Of a stretch of 64,000 nucleotides of DNA, positions 34,866 through 48,035 are shown piece by piece. The notes below the pieces were generated by a model. The model ran no database searches, had not been told where the DNA came from, and saw only the letters and a program-made list of their open reading frames with translations. The stretch's first letter is position 1. Every line of letters starts with the position of its first letter. The DNA comes from Octopus vulgaris (lineage: Eukaryota): the NCBI GenBank assembly GCA_951406725.2, contig OX597827.1, forward strand, positions 76,384,001 through 76,448,000, given 5' to 3'. Made by a program: the position numbers and the translations under genes.

Positions 34866-35303
34866 GTACATTATTTACATTTGATGGATATTTGTCCTCA
34901 TCTTGTTTGTTGTCAACACATTTCAGCTGATATACCCTCCAGCCTTCATCAGGTGTCTTGGAAAAATTTCGAACCTGGGTTCTCATTCCTAAGATATTTT
35001 TCGATGTTATTATTATTATTATTATTGTTGTTTTTATTCAAGTCACTGGCTGGAATCGAACTCGGAATCTTGGGGTTAGTAGCCTGCTCTCTTAACCATT
35101 ACGCCATATACCTGTGGGCAATTATGGAGTGAATTTTTAGGGTTTATAAATCTAATATTTTCCTATCCTTCCTTAATACCTGTTCCCATATGCTATTCAT
35201 TTCTGCACTCGGCCTGCTTAGGCGGTCGTTGTGTCCTAGCACATGTGCTGCTTCTCAACAACAAATATCTGAGGACAAATATCTTTCAAATGTAAATAAT
35301 GTA
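34866..35303. mobile_element. Composite element bounded by ~34-bp inverted repeats, containing a degenerate hammerhead-like motif and a tRNA-like segment
   Basis: tacattatttacatttgatggatatttgtcctca versus tgaggacaaatatctttcaaatgtaaataatgta; - strand CTGATGA..GAAA at about 34921-34952. Confidence 0.6.
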
Positions 35304-35579
35304 TTTGTGCCTCAACTTGAAAAAAATAGACACACACGCACACGTATTCAGGGGATGGACAAAAAATGAGAATACCTTGTTAAATGGAAATTTTATTATT
35401 TAATACAGAACAGGTCCACCTTTGGCATCAATCATAGCTTTAATACCCTGAGGTATTGACTCATACAAGCTAAGAACTTTTGATGCACCATAAATGTTCA
35501 GTTATATTATGACTGGGGGTTCCTGTTCAAGTGGTCTTCTTTACTCTTGTGTGTCATCGTACCAATTTTGAATAACCAG

Positions 35580-35850
35580 TGCCACTTTGACTGGCTTCCG
35601 TGCTGGTGGCACGTAAAAAGCACCAACCGATCATGGCCGTTGCCAGCCTCCCCTGGCACCTGTGCCGGTGGCACATAAAAAGCACCCACTACACATGGAG
35701 TGGTTGGCGTTAGGAAGGGCATCCAGCTGTAGAAACACTGCCAGATCAGACTGGAGCCTGGTGCAGCCTCCTGGCTTCCCAGACCCCGATCGAACCGTCC
35801 AACCCATGCCAACATGGAAAAAAGGACGTTAAACGATGATGATGATGATT
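35580..35850 (+). mobile_element. Family C repeat
   Basis: gtggttggcgttaggaagggcatccagctgtag...ggacgttaaacgatgatgatg. Confidence 0.75.
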
Positions 35851-37021
35851 ACCCTATAAATCACTGCATTCTCGTCCTAGAAGATTGCACTACCATCAAA
35901 GGACAATGTTTGTACCAGAAGCTGGACTGCAGCATTCATGGCTGTTTATCTCCCTTTATGCCAAACGTTTCTTTTACATTTTGTCTTTGATGAATGATGA
36001 GGATGGGCACTCCATCTGTTACAATGATGAGGGTTCCAGTTTGTTCTATCAACGGAACAGCCTGCTCATGAAATTAACATGCAAGTGGCCTAGCACTCCA
36101 CAGATATGTGTGTACCTTTAACATAGTTCTCGGGGAGATTCAGTGTGACACAGAATGTGACAAAACTAGTCCCAGTATTACTGGTATAACTCATTTTTTC
36201 CAACTGGGTGAACTGAGGCAATGTGAAATAAAACATCTTGTCCATCCAGGAATTGAACTCGTGAGGCGAATACACTAACCGCAAGCCATGCACCTTCACT
36301 GATATAAGCTACGATCCTTGAGTGCCATGCCCCAGCATGGCCACAGTCTAATTACAAATCAGTGAAAGAAACACTTTGTAAGGACAGCAGGGGGTGACCA
36401 AGAGGATAGTGGGATGATGGGCAGCCAGGAGTGTGGTGGCCAGCAGTTTCTGTTCCGTCTTTGGCTCCAGGTATTTTTGGGTGGTGAGGTAAGTTTAACC
36501 TTCAAACAGCCCAGTTTACCTGGCTGTAGATTGGTACCATGCAGATGGAATGACCCATGGCCCCGAGTAGTGGCACCTCTGTTGATAGGACGAGTGATTT
36601 GTTAGTTATTATTGCAGAGTAGTATTTTTCCCTGCCTGGGAAAAGCTATCTGTGAGAGGCTGTCATTCATCCAGGTGGAGATTTATCTCACCTCCATTTA
36701 ATACTGGAAATACTAGACCAGGGTTCATATGACCCTTGGGGATCCGTGTAAGACTTTGTTGTTAAAATTTACATGCAATAAAATTGGTTACACTTCAACA
36801 ATATCAAGGGCAGGTAGAAGTGGCTGTGTGGGGGGTCCATCGGAATAAATAGGTATTAAAAGGGTCCATAAATAATATATGGCTGAAAATCACTGATATC
36901 TATATTTTGAATCAAAAGAAGAGATTGAAAAATGTTTGATATTACTTATTCACCATTACACATGTTTCATTTGCTAATAGGAGTTTAACACAAAATTGTG
37001 CATATAGGTGTAGAAGTGGCT

Positions 37022-37295
37022 CATAGGGGCCAGTTTCCTGGTTTCCTTGGTGTATAGGTTCCCCACCTGGATGGGACACTGGTCCGTTGCAGGTGAGCTG
37101 CAAGATGCAGGAGGAAAGAGTGAGAGAAAGTTGTAGCGAAAGAGTCAGCAGAAGTTTGCCATTACCTTCTGCCGGATCCACATGGAGCTTAGGTGTTTCA
37201 CTCATAAACACACACATCACCCGGTCTGAGTTTCAAACCCGTGATCCCTCGACTGTGAGTCCGCTGCTCTAACCACTAGGCCATGTGCCACCACA
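37022..37295 (-). mobile_element. tRNA-headed SINE (another family)
   Basis: - strand head tggcctagtggttagagcagcggactc...gggtttgaaac. Confidence 0.55.
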
Positions 37296-38959
37296 TTAGA
37301 TAATGTAGGCCTAAATAATTCTAAAAAGACTGGCTGGCTAGTCATGGCTGGAATGCATTTGATCATATGTTTGCTTGACCAGGCCTCACCTAGGGCTAAA
37401 CAACAACTGCTGGATCTGGACTGACCTTGGGTTAAACAACACAAACCCACATATTCAGCACCAAACAGAAGGGTCCAAAAATTCCTCATGTAAACAGGAA
37501 GTGGGGGTTCCAATACTGGTGCAGTTGGTTCACAGGTGTGAGTGTGTAAACCTTGTGCCACCTGTTTCTGCTTTATGGACTGATCTGTTGACAATTAACT
37601 GTCTCAGCTTTGGACCCAGTGTATTACTGGTTGTAGGATATGATCCATGGACTTCCATATTGGTTGTCTGGTATTTTATCAGTCTAAATATTTGTAGCTG
37701 TCACATGTCCTGCAGCTGTCCTACCATCTTGTCCTGTCCTCTGTTCACAGGAGACAAACCCTGGAGCTGTGTCCTGTCCCCTGCATACAAGAAACAGACC
37801 CAGAAGCTGGATTACTCCCCATTAGATCATCAACTGGAATTGTCCCAAGGCCATTGTGCTGGTTGTTGTGGCATAAAGGTATATAGCATATGCTTGCCTC
37901 AGTCTGCTAGGTTGACAACTTGCTCCACTCACACTGAACAGGTGGGTGATCAAACTAACAAAAAAAGCCTTGGTGTCATTGCTTGATCTGCTAAAAACAA
38001 AAGCCAAATGTTCCTCAAATCTCACCCTACTGTCCTAGAAAAAGGACAGACACATTGGATAATATATTCCCTAATATAGAAAAATGGACGTTGAATTGAT
38101 GATGGTGATGATGATGATGGCGGTGGTGTTGATGGTTGTGATGGTGGTTGGTGGTAGTGGTGATGATGGTGTGGTATTATTGTTGTTGTTGTTGGGGGTG
38201 GTGGTGGTGTTGATAATGACTGTGATGATGTATCATACTAGTGTCAAAATGGCCAGATCCTTTCCACAGTCCTCCACTCAACCTGTGTGATCCAACATAG
38301 AAATTCACAAGCGTAGCCATGTATCCAACCTCACCATTGTAAACAGAACCAACAAGCATCAAGGTGAGGATTACCAAAGCTCAGCTCAGACAGACAGATC
38401 ACTTGATCCATCAGAATGGCTCCATGATGCAGCAACAGCCATTCTCTGGAGAACTGGAGCATGGCAATTTGGCCCTAGGATTACTCAAAGAAGAGGCTCA
38501 AGGAGAACCTCAAATTCTACCTGAATTGGGCCCTAAACTGTAATCATAGGAATATGGGACCATGGGTGTATTCTTATGTGAGTGGCCCACTGAAGCTTCA
38601 AGGAATTAGTCAACATTTGAGCTGAGGGGTGATTGCAGCACTTCTAGGCAAGATTTGAGAGACAGAGAAAATCTTCCTTTCCTTCTTGTTCACAAAATGT
38701 TCCATTCTCCACTTATGGCTCTGTCTGAGCAACTGATTTTGGTATCAGAAGTCAGATGCTTGTTCACAGGCGATGAGAGCATATTTCATCATCTTCCTTG
38801 GATTATGACTGTCTACCATCACATACATATAAACATGTATACATATATACATTCATACATATGTGTGTGTGTGTATATATATATATATATTTATATATGA
38901 TTAATCCCAAAAATTGAAGAAAAAAACAAAAGAAAAACCAGCAATGCAAGGATGTGGTT

Positions 38960-39171
38960 CATAGTACCGCCTGACTGGCCCTCGTGCTGGTGGCATGTAA
39001 AAGCACCCACTACACTCTCGGAGTGGTTGGCATTAGGAAGGGCATCCAGCTGTAGAAACCTTGCCAGATCAAGTTTGGAGCCTGGTGCTGCCATCTGGTT
39101 CACCAGTCCTCAGTCAAATCATCCAACCCATGCCAGCATGGAAAGCGGACATTAAACGATGATGATGATGA

Positions 39172-39174
<3 letters not shown>
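38960..39174 (+). mobile_element. Family C repeat
   Basis: Same body and (GAT)n tail as the 35580 copy. Confidence 0.75.
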
Positions 39175-39211
<37 letters not shown>

Positions 39212-39905
39212 GTAGAGAGAGAGAGAGAGAGAGAAATACAAGTAAACAATTAGTCTTGATATATATATAAGAAAACATATATACATATATACATATAGAC
39301 ACACAAATAGATACATTAATTAAATATGCTCAGAAGATAAACACATATGAAAGAGAGAGAGAGAGAGAGAAATAAATTTACAATTAGCATAAAAAATGCA
39401 GAATTCTCAGGTGAGAATGCACCTGTTTTTTAATTGTTTATAATATATTCACACACACACACGTATTTACTTATTAAAAGGTATTACATGTTTATTCATT
39501 TGCAGGCTGCAGGGGCTTCGTGTAAGAAGCAGACCCTAAGTGGTCCAAAGAAAAAGATCCTATATTTGTCAGACCTGTCTGAATGATAAATGCAGCATTT
39601 GCTATTTAGACAGATATGATGAGTGTGCACACACATGTACACAGCATGTGCACACATGCAAAGAGAAAGAGGGATAGGTTGGCTTATAGATAATCCAAGA
39701 GTCTGTGGTCAGTATAAGTAACGTTGCATTGTTCTATGTGCATGTTAAGATGGCAGTCATGTGCAGGTAGCTGGTTGGCCAGCTGGGTGAATGGGTGGCT
39801 GGCTGGATGGCCGAATCCAGAAATCCTTCAGAATGTGAGATCAGGAAACCATGTTTGTGTGTGTCCTGTGGAAGACATTTGTACTTAGCTGCCAAATAAT
39901 ATTAA

Positions 39906-40125
39906 CCCTTTTCTTACCATATTTCTGTTGAGATGTTCTGTGTTTCTTTCAGTTACTTTAAATATAACAAAGAATTTAGTAAAATAACTTGGTTATCATT
40001 AAGCTAGTGTTAAGAATGTAAATTGTGACTAAGGTTTGGTGGAAGATTTTAATCCAAAACTTATGAAAACAAGACATTTGTACTCAGAGCCAGAGGTGGT
40101 TTCAGCCAGGTTGGTAACGAAAGGG
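39906..40125. mobile_element. piggyBac-like MITE
   Basis: TTAA flanks (39902-39905, 40126-40129); TIRs cccttttcttacca / tggtaacgaaaggg. Confidence 0.75.
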
Positions 40126-40437
40126 TTAAATGAACAGCAGAACTTGAAGCAATCCTGTGCTGTTACACCAAGAAGATTTCTTTCACTGAAATAAATGAGC
40201 CAATGGGAAAGGGTGAATGATGTGATGCTATGATATCCTGAATGAGAATGTGAGCAACACATGATATACTGTGAGATATGTCTGTAATAATATCAGCAGA
40301 TATCATGTTGGTTGGTTGGTTGGTTGATTTCTCCAGTTATGCTTTGCATTGTATAGAGATAGAGAGCGAGAGAGAGAGAAAGACAGAGTAAAAGAGAGAC
40401 AAAGAGAGAGTTAAGAGGTGCTAGATGAGTGTCTCTT

Positions 40438-40583
40438 AAGGCGGCAAGCTGGCAGAATCGTTAGTACACCAGGCGAAATGCTTAGTGGTATTTTGTCTGC
40501 CGTTACGTTCTGAGTTCAAATTCTGCCAAGGTCGACTTTGCCTTTCATCCTTTCAGGGTCGATAAATAAAGTATCAGTTACGC
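40438..40583 (+). mobile_element. 3'-truncated SINE family A
   Basis: Intact head, B box and core module. Confidence 0.75.
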
Positions 40584-41591
40584 ATCTGTCTGTCTGTCTA
40601 TCTCTCTCTCTCTCTCTACCTCTCTATCTATCCATCTATCTATCTTTCTTTCTCTATAAAGGTTATTGCTAGACCCTGTCAAAACTTCTATAGATATATG
40701 GTAGATTTAAGGGGTCCTATCACTAATCATTGACATTGAACGCCAAATCAGTGGCTCAACTGAACACCATGGCATGATCTGAAAAGTTTTACCCTCTCAG
40801 TCTACAGTTAAGATCTGTTACAAAGATAAATAAATACATGTGTGTATGTGCTTGTGTGTGTGTGTCTGTATGTGTCTTTGAGTGTGTGTGTGATTGTATG
40901 TGATTGTATGTGTGTGGATGTGTGTTAACTACAAGACTATATATATAATCAACCAATCCTGTTTGACTCCTCCACTTTTCCCGCCAAATGATCAATCCAA
41001 TTCAATGTAACCCCGCCTCTCATCAACTCAACTGACCAATCCAATCCAATCCAATGTAACCCCACCTCCAATTGATTGACCAATCACTCTGTTACAATTT
41101 CTAATAAATCTATGAAGCAGTCCATTCTGCTGACCAATGAGGAATAAAACAACAATTTATTCAATTTTCATTCATGATTTCCTTCTTATTGCTGTATTTT
41201 ATTGTTGTTGTTGTTGTTTTTGTTGCTGTTGAGAACCTTTTAACTGTTTTTACCCAGAACATCCCCCCCACTGCCGCATACACACCAAGATGCCAGCAGA
41301 GGTATTTGAACCTTCGATCAAAATACAGCGAGATCAGTACATTAACAACTGGGCCATTTCAACTCTGTTACTGGTTTCACTCATTGGATGGTGCCATGCT
41401 GGAGCAATGTCGATAAGAGTTGTTTTGTCCTGCGATATTGACCCCAGGGCATACTCTAGTCTGAATCATATTTTATCAATCTTCATTTCAGCAAACGACT
41501 GACTTAGCTTTTGGTATAAAGGGACACAACTCAGTGTACATTTTTTTTTTTACATTGCCTAAACACATACACACTTCCATACAAGCATACT

Positions 41592-41624
<33 letters not shown>

Positions 41625-41904
41625 ACACACACTCATATCTACATAACATCATCATCATCATTATCACTTTCATGTCCATTTTCCATGCTTGCACGGATCA
41701 GAAGGAATTCTCTGAGGCAAATATTCTAAGGCCAGATGCCCTCCCTGTTGCCAAAGCCCCATCTATTTTCAAGTAAGGTTATATTTCTCCATGCCTGGAC
41801 ATGTTTTCATGGGAGACTTGAAATGAACAACACCACTTGTATGGCGGTGAGATTTGTTTACAGCTATCATGTGACATCAAGACAAGGAGACACAAATAAC
41901 TGCC

Positions 41905-42665
41905 CATACATGCACATACATACACACACATACACACACATACACACACACATACACACATACATACACACATACATACACACATACATACACACATACA
42001 TACATATATGCACATACATACATACACATACACATACATACACACACATACACATACATACACACACACACATACACACATACATACATATATGCACATA
42101 CATACATACACACATACATGCATACATACATACATGCATGTATACATACACACATACATACACATACATATATGCACATACATACACACATGCACATATA
42201 TGCACATACATACATACACACATACATACATACATACATACATACATACACACATACATACACACATACATACATACATACATACATACATACATACATA
42301 CATACATACATACATACATACATACACACATACACACATACATACATACATACATACATACATACATACATACATACATACACACATACATACACACATA
42401 CATACATACATACATACACACATACATACATACATACATACATACACACATACACACATACATACACACATACATACATACATACATACATACATACATA
42501 CACACATACATACATACATACATGCATACACACATACACACATACATACACACATACACACATACATACATACATACATACACACACACATACATACATA
42601 CACACATACATACATATACACACACACATACACACATACAGACACACATACATGCATGCATACAT
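41905..42665. repeat. (TACA)n/(CACA)n microsatellite, about 760 bp
   Basis: Direct inspection. Confidence 0.95.
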
Positions 42666-43194
42666 CGTCGTCGTCTTTGTTGTCATCATCATCGTCATCA
42701 TTTAACATCTCTTTACCAAATTACCATGGGTTGGATGGTTTCAGAGGAGGTGATAGGGCCAAGGCCCACACCAGGTACCATTATGTTTTGGCATGGTTTC
42801 TACAGCTAAGCGCCATTCCTAATGCCAACCACTTTACAGAGCATTTGCAGGCCCAACAGCTAATATCACAACTGTCACAACTGACCACAATCAATTTGTT
42901 TTCAATGGTGAAGGCTTCTGTAGGGTCAGCCACACATTTTGGAAATGTTGATAGCAGACTCGTGGGGCAAATGTCCAACAAAAATTCATTGAACAACATA
43001 CCTTAGGATTCATCATTAAAGTTCCCCATCTCCTGGGTTAGTTGCCTTTGTGACAGCTTAGCGTCCCACCCACCCTTGTAGGTTAAGTGTGCATCTGGGT
43101 ACCAAATCAGAAATTTGTAAATCTTCACAAGAATGCATGCATGCAAACAAACACACACGTAATTGGATGGTCTTAGACTCATTTGTAGAATATT

Positions 43195-44550
43195 TCAAAA
43201 CTGGGATAACTCCCATCTAATTTACTGTGTCACAAAATGGGGATCACTCGAGATGACTAAAGTATACCATAAAAATTGTGACAACTGAACACACTGCAAT
43301 ATATTATAAAAGTGGGTTAAATTCAAACCACCACTTTATATCATAAAACTGGGTTAACTGCAGTCCACAAAACTAGGGTGAATGTAACACACTGTAGAAA
43401 ACTGGAATAACTTCAGCCCAATATATTGTACCACAAAACAGGGGTAACCTCCGCTTACTGTGCTAAACCACAAAACTGGGTTAATCTGTTCACTGTACTA
43501 TACCAGAAAACTGGGGTAATTTCTGCCCACTGTACTATATTAGAGAACTGGGGTAACTTGAACTCACTGTTATATACCACAAAACTGGGGAACCTTTACC
43601 CACTATACTATACAACAAAAGTGGGATAACATCTGTCCACAGTAATATAGCTCAAAACTGGGGTAACCACAAGTCCCTGTAATGAATATTCCACAAAAGA
43701 AGCGTAACCACAATACTACAAAACTATGGTAACATCTACCCACTGTAAATCCAACAAAACTGGGGTAACCTCTACCTAATGTACTATGTCACAAAACCAG
43801 GTTAATTTTTGCAAACTGTTATATATCTGAAAACTGAGGTATCCTCCGTCCACAAAAACTGGGGTAACATCCTTCTGAGTCCACAAAACTGGAGTAATAC
43901 TGCTTTCTGTATTATGCCACAAAACTGGGGTAACCTTCGCCCACTTTACTACACCACAAAACTTAGGTAGCCGCAGTTCACAAAACTGAGGTAACATCTT
44001 TCTTAGCCCACAAAACTGAAGTGATTTTACCTTCTGTATTACATCACAAAACCGGGGTAATCTAAGCCCACTATACTACACCACAAAATTGGGGTGTCCT
44101 TAGTTCACAAAACTGGGATAACAACTTCCTTAGCCCACAAAACTAGAGTGATTCTGCTTTCTGTATTTCACCATAAAACTAGGGCAACCTTAACCCACTG
44201 TACTACACCACAAAACTGGGGTAACATCTTCCTTAGCCCACAAAACTTGAGTGATTCTGTTCTGTAGTAGACCACAAAACTGGGGTATCCTCAGTTCACA
44301 AAACTGGGGTAACATCTTCCTTAGCCCAAAGAACTGGAGTGATTCTGCTTTCTGTATTACAGCACAAAACTGGGATAACCTTAACCCACTGAACTACACC
44401 ACAAAGCTGAAGTATCCTCAATTCACAAAACTGGGGCAACTTCTTCCTTAGCCGACAAAACTGGAGTGATTTTACCTTCTGTATTACATCACAAAACTTG
44501 GGCAACATTAGCCCACTGTACTACACCACAAAACTGGGGTAACCTCAGTC
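43195..44550. repeat. Complex minisatellite with core CCACAAAACTGGGGTAAC, roughly 40 monomers, 127-bp higher-order repeat in the right half
   Basis: Core recurs every 24-37 bp; the ttcacaaaac monomer lies at 43977, 44104, 44295 and 44422. Confidence 0.9.
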
Positions 44551-45459
44551 AAGTGTAATATACCAATTAACCCGGTGCCAAACTCAAACAAAATCATTAA
44601 ATATTTATTTATTGTTGATTATATTTTTTATATTTTTTTTATCTTCCTTAAATCAATAATCGCAAAAATGTTGTTGTTGTTGTTGTTGTTGTTATTGTTG
44701 TTTGTGTTGTTAATAACATTATTATTCTTATCATCGTTGTCATTATTGTTGTTGTTGTTGTTGTTGTTGTTTTTGTTTTTGTAAGATTTTTCAGATTAAA
44801 TTTTATATTTTTAGAATTCGTTATATTTTTTGCTATTTGTTCGTTGTGAGTTTCTTTTATATATTTATTTATTTATTTTTGTTATTTGTTTGTTGTTAAT
44901 GTATATTGTTATTGGTTTTATTTGTTTATTTGTTTGTTATTATTTTTTTCTTATTCCTGTTATGAAATCAATATTCAGAAAATTGTTGTTGTCAGGGTTA
45001 GAAGGAGTCACAGCAACGGAGGGAGCGTGAGGTTTGGTTCCTGTTAATCTCCAACTCAATTCAAATCCAGCTGACATATGATTGAAAGCATTCCAAACAT
45101 GACCATCCCATCTATTATTCAGCTATTGTCTATATACATTAACTCTTTAGCATTTAAACCGGCCACACCCAGCCTAAATATTCTATGTGTTTTATGCTAA
45201 AGCCAGCCAGATTCAACCTCTCACACCTGCCCAACAATGTCATTGTAGAAATAAATTTCACTGAGGTCGACTTTACCTTTCATCCTTCCGGGGTCGATTA
45301 AATAAGTACCAGTTATGCTCTGGGGTCGATGTAATCGACTTAATTTCTTTGTCTTTCCTTGTTTGTCCCTTCTATGTTTAGCCCTTTGTGGGCCAGTAAA
45401 GAAATAAAAAATAAACAATCACCTCATCAAAACCTCAAATCTATGAGATGATGCGTGAT

Positions 45460-46130
45460 TAATTGAAAACATCAACATCAAAAGATCAAATGGAAATTGT
45501 AGCTGTGATACCTGTGCTGGTGTCATGTAAAAAAGCACTATACGAACGTGACCAATGCGAGCGCTGCCTTGACTGGCTTCTGTGCTGGTGGCACATAAAA
45601 AGCACCAACCAATCATGGCTGTAGCCAGTTTCACCTGGCCCTTGTGCCAGTGGCATGTAAAAAGCACCCACTACACCCACGGAGTGGTTGGCGTTAGGAA
45701 GGGCATCCAGCTGTAGAAACACTGCCAGATCAGACTGGATCCTGGTGCAGCCTCCTGGCTTCTCAGACCCCGGTCGAACCGTCCAACCCATGCTAGCATG
45801 GAAAACAGACGTTAAATGATGATGATGATGATCATCATCATCATCCTTTACCATCTGTTTTCCATGCTAGCATGGGTTGCACAGTTTGACAGAAGCTGAC
45901 AAGGCCAGGAACCACACCTGGTTCCATAGTCAGTTTTGGTTGGTTTATATGGTTGGATGCCCTTCCTAATGCCAACCACTTAACAAAGTGTATTGAGTCC
46001 TTTTAACATGGCACCGGTATAGGTGCTTCCACATGGCACCAGCACCAGTGCTTTTTATGTAGAACCATCACCAGACTTTTTTTGTGGCACCATCAGCAGA
46101 TTCTTTATGTGGCACCGGCACTGAGAGGAT
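45460..46130. mobile_element. Two family C repeats joined tail-to-tail
   Basis: (GAT)n switches directly to (ATC)n at 45831/45832 and the flanking arms are reverse complements. Confidence 0.8.
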
Positions 46131-46397
46131 CACTGAGTAATCTGAATGCTGTAAAGGGTTAAGGTGTCCCCTGTTTTAAAAAGGTAGAGTGAGTTGAGTG
46201 AAATAGAGGTGCTACTTTTAGCATGCTGACTGACTGTTTCAGGTTTCTTTGGTGGCTTGTGTTGTTGTTGTTGCTGTTGTTGGAGAATAACATTGAGGAG
46301 TGGTGTTGCTGATAGAAAGAGTGATGTTGTTTATGATGGAAAAGGTGTTCTTGTTGATGTTGTTGTTGTTGGTGGTGGTGGAAAGTCATATTGCTCT

Positions 46398-46602
46398 GTT
46401 ACTCTTTTACTTGTTTCAGTCATTTGACTTTGGCCATGCTGGAGCACCACCTTTAATCAAGCAAATCAACCCCAGGACTTATTCTTTGTAAGCCTAGTAC
46501 TTATTCTATCGGTCTCTTTTGCCGAACTGGTAAGTTTGGGGAATGTAAACACACCAGCATTGGTTGTCAAGCGATGACGTTGGGGGGGACAAACACAAAC
46601 AT

Positions 46603-46639
<37 letters not shown>

Positions 46640-46860
46640 CACATATTTATATATACAATAGATACACACGCACACACACACACATATATATATATACGAC
46701 AGGTTTCTTTCACTTTCCGTCTATCAAATCCACTCACAAGGATTTGGTCGGCCCGAGGCTATAGTAGAAGACACTTGCCCAAGGTACCATGCAGTGGGAC
46801 TGAACCCAGAACCATGTGGTTGGTAAGCAAGCTACTTACCACACAGCCACTCCTACGCCT
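46398..46860 (-). mobile_element. Full-length SINE family B
   Basis: Complete reverse-complement copy with internal CA/TA microsatellite. Confidence 0.85.
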
Positions 46861-47195
46861 CTTTATGTTAAGTGTTGTTGTTGTTGAATAAAATGGTATA
46901 GCAAGAGGGTGTGGTGGTGTTGTTGGTGGGAGTAGAAAAGGTGTTGTTGTTTAGCCCCTAATTGGTCTTAATCTAACCAACCCAACCCATAGCCATTTCT
47001 ACCCTTTCTGATTTCAGGCATAATGTATCTTGAATTACACTAACTAATGTGTCCTTCCTTCTTTTTTCTGATGGCAGTTTGATTTGAGGAAAATTTGGCT
47101 GCTGTTTCAGGCAGGTTAAAATTTTCTGTTATAGGGAATGTTGTTGTTATGTGGCCCCATCACCAGCATTGCTATTACAGATTTAACATTTTACC

Positions 47196-47428
47196 TATTT
47201 CTTTACTACCCACAAGGGGCTAAACACAGAGGGGACAAACAAGGACAGACAAAGGGATTAAGTTGATTACATTGACCCCAGTGCGTAACTGGTATTTATT
47301 TAATCGACCCCCAAAAGGATGAAAGGCAAAGTTGACCCCGGCGGAATTTGAACTCAGAACGTAGCGGCGGACGAAATACCGCAAAGCATTTCATCCAGTG
47401 TGCTAACGATTCTGCCAGCTCGCCGCCT
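47196..47428 (-). mobile_element. Full-length SINE family A
   Basis: Nearly the same sequence as 4098-4328; cattttacc occurs on both sides as a probable TSD remnant. Confidence 0.85.
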
Positions 47429-48035
47429 GATACCATTTTACCACTTAACCTTTATCCTGTGATTGAGAGTTCTAATCTTGCCACATCTTTGCCAGTCTTG
47501 ACCACCTTGTACCATCTGCATGCAACAATGTTTCCCATGGTCAAATATAATTCCATCCCAGACCTAAGGCATTCCAGTCTCTCTTTATCCTTCGTGATGT
47601 GACTCAAACTGCTATTAACACCAATCAGTAGTGTCTCTGTTGGGGATTCATCACAGTAAAAACATCCCCTATAATTTCATTGTGAGCCAGTATGTTCTTG
47701 GTGAGCTTACAGAATTGACAAATACACTGTCGATAAATAAATTTAGTGTGAGTGAATTTGGTTGATAGAAACTGAAGGAAGCCCACATGCATTGGGCTCA
47801 TGACAGTTGAAGTTTGAAGAAGTGTAACGTTTATGATATTACTGACATAGAAACTTCAAGTTCTGAATGTAAGTCTCCATAATTAATTCTCCTCTATTTC
47901 CAATGATATTGAGACCTTTTTTTGCCATCACATGTGGTTTGTCAATATATATATATATATTCAAAATGTGACCTCGTGTGTATCGTTGGCAATATTTTTC
48001 CTCCGTTTTCCCTTCCTTGGATATTTCCGTTTCCT

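Noticed and set aside
35348-35480. Possible Tc1-like terminal fragment (caggggatggacaaaa...)
   Set aside because: No matching second terminus or transposase remnant found, so it is too weak to call.
37375-37986. 203-aa Cys-rich ORF
   Set aside because: Non-ATG start, begins and ends in family D repeat sequence, and has no recognisable domain or Cys pattern.
41736-43006. 357-aa and 332-aa His/Thr/Tyr-rich ORFs
   Set aside because: (TACA)n microsatellite artefacts.
43195-44550. CRISPR-like repeat-spacer appearance
   Set aside because: The spacers are related to each other and recur periodically, the repeats are degenerate, there are no cas genes and the context is eukaryotic; it is a minisatellite.
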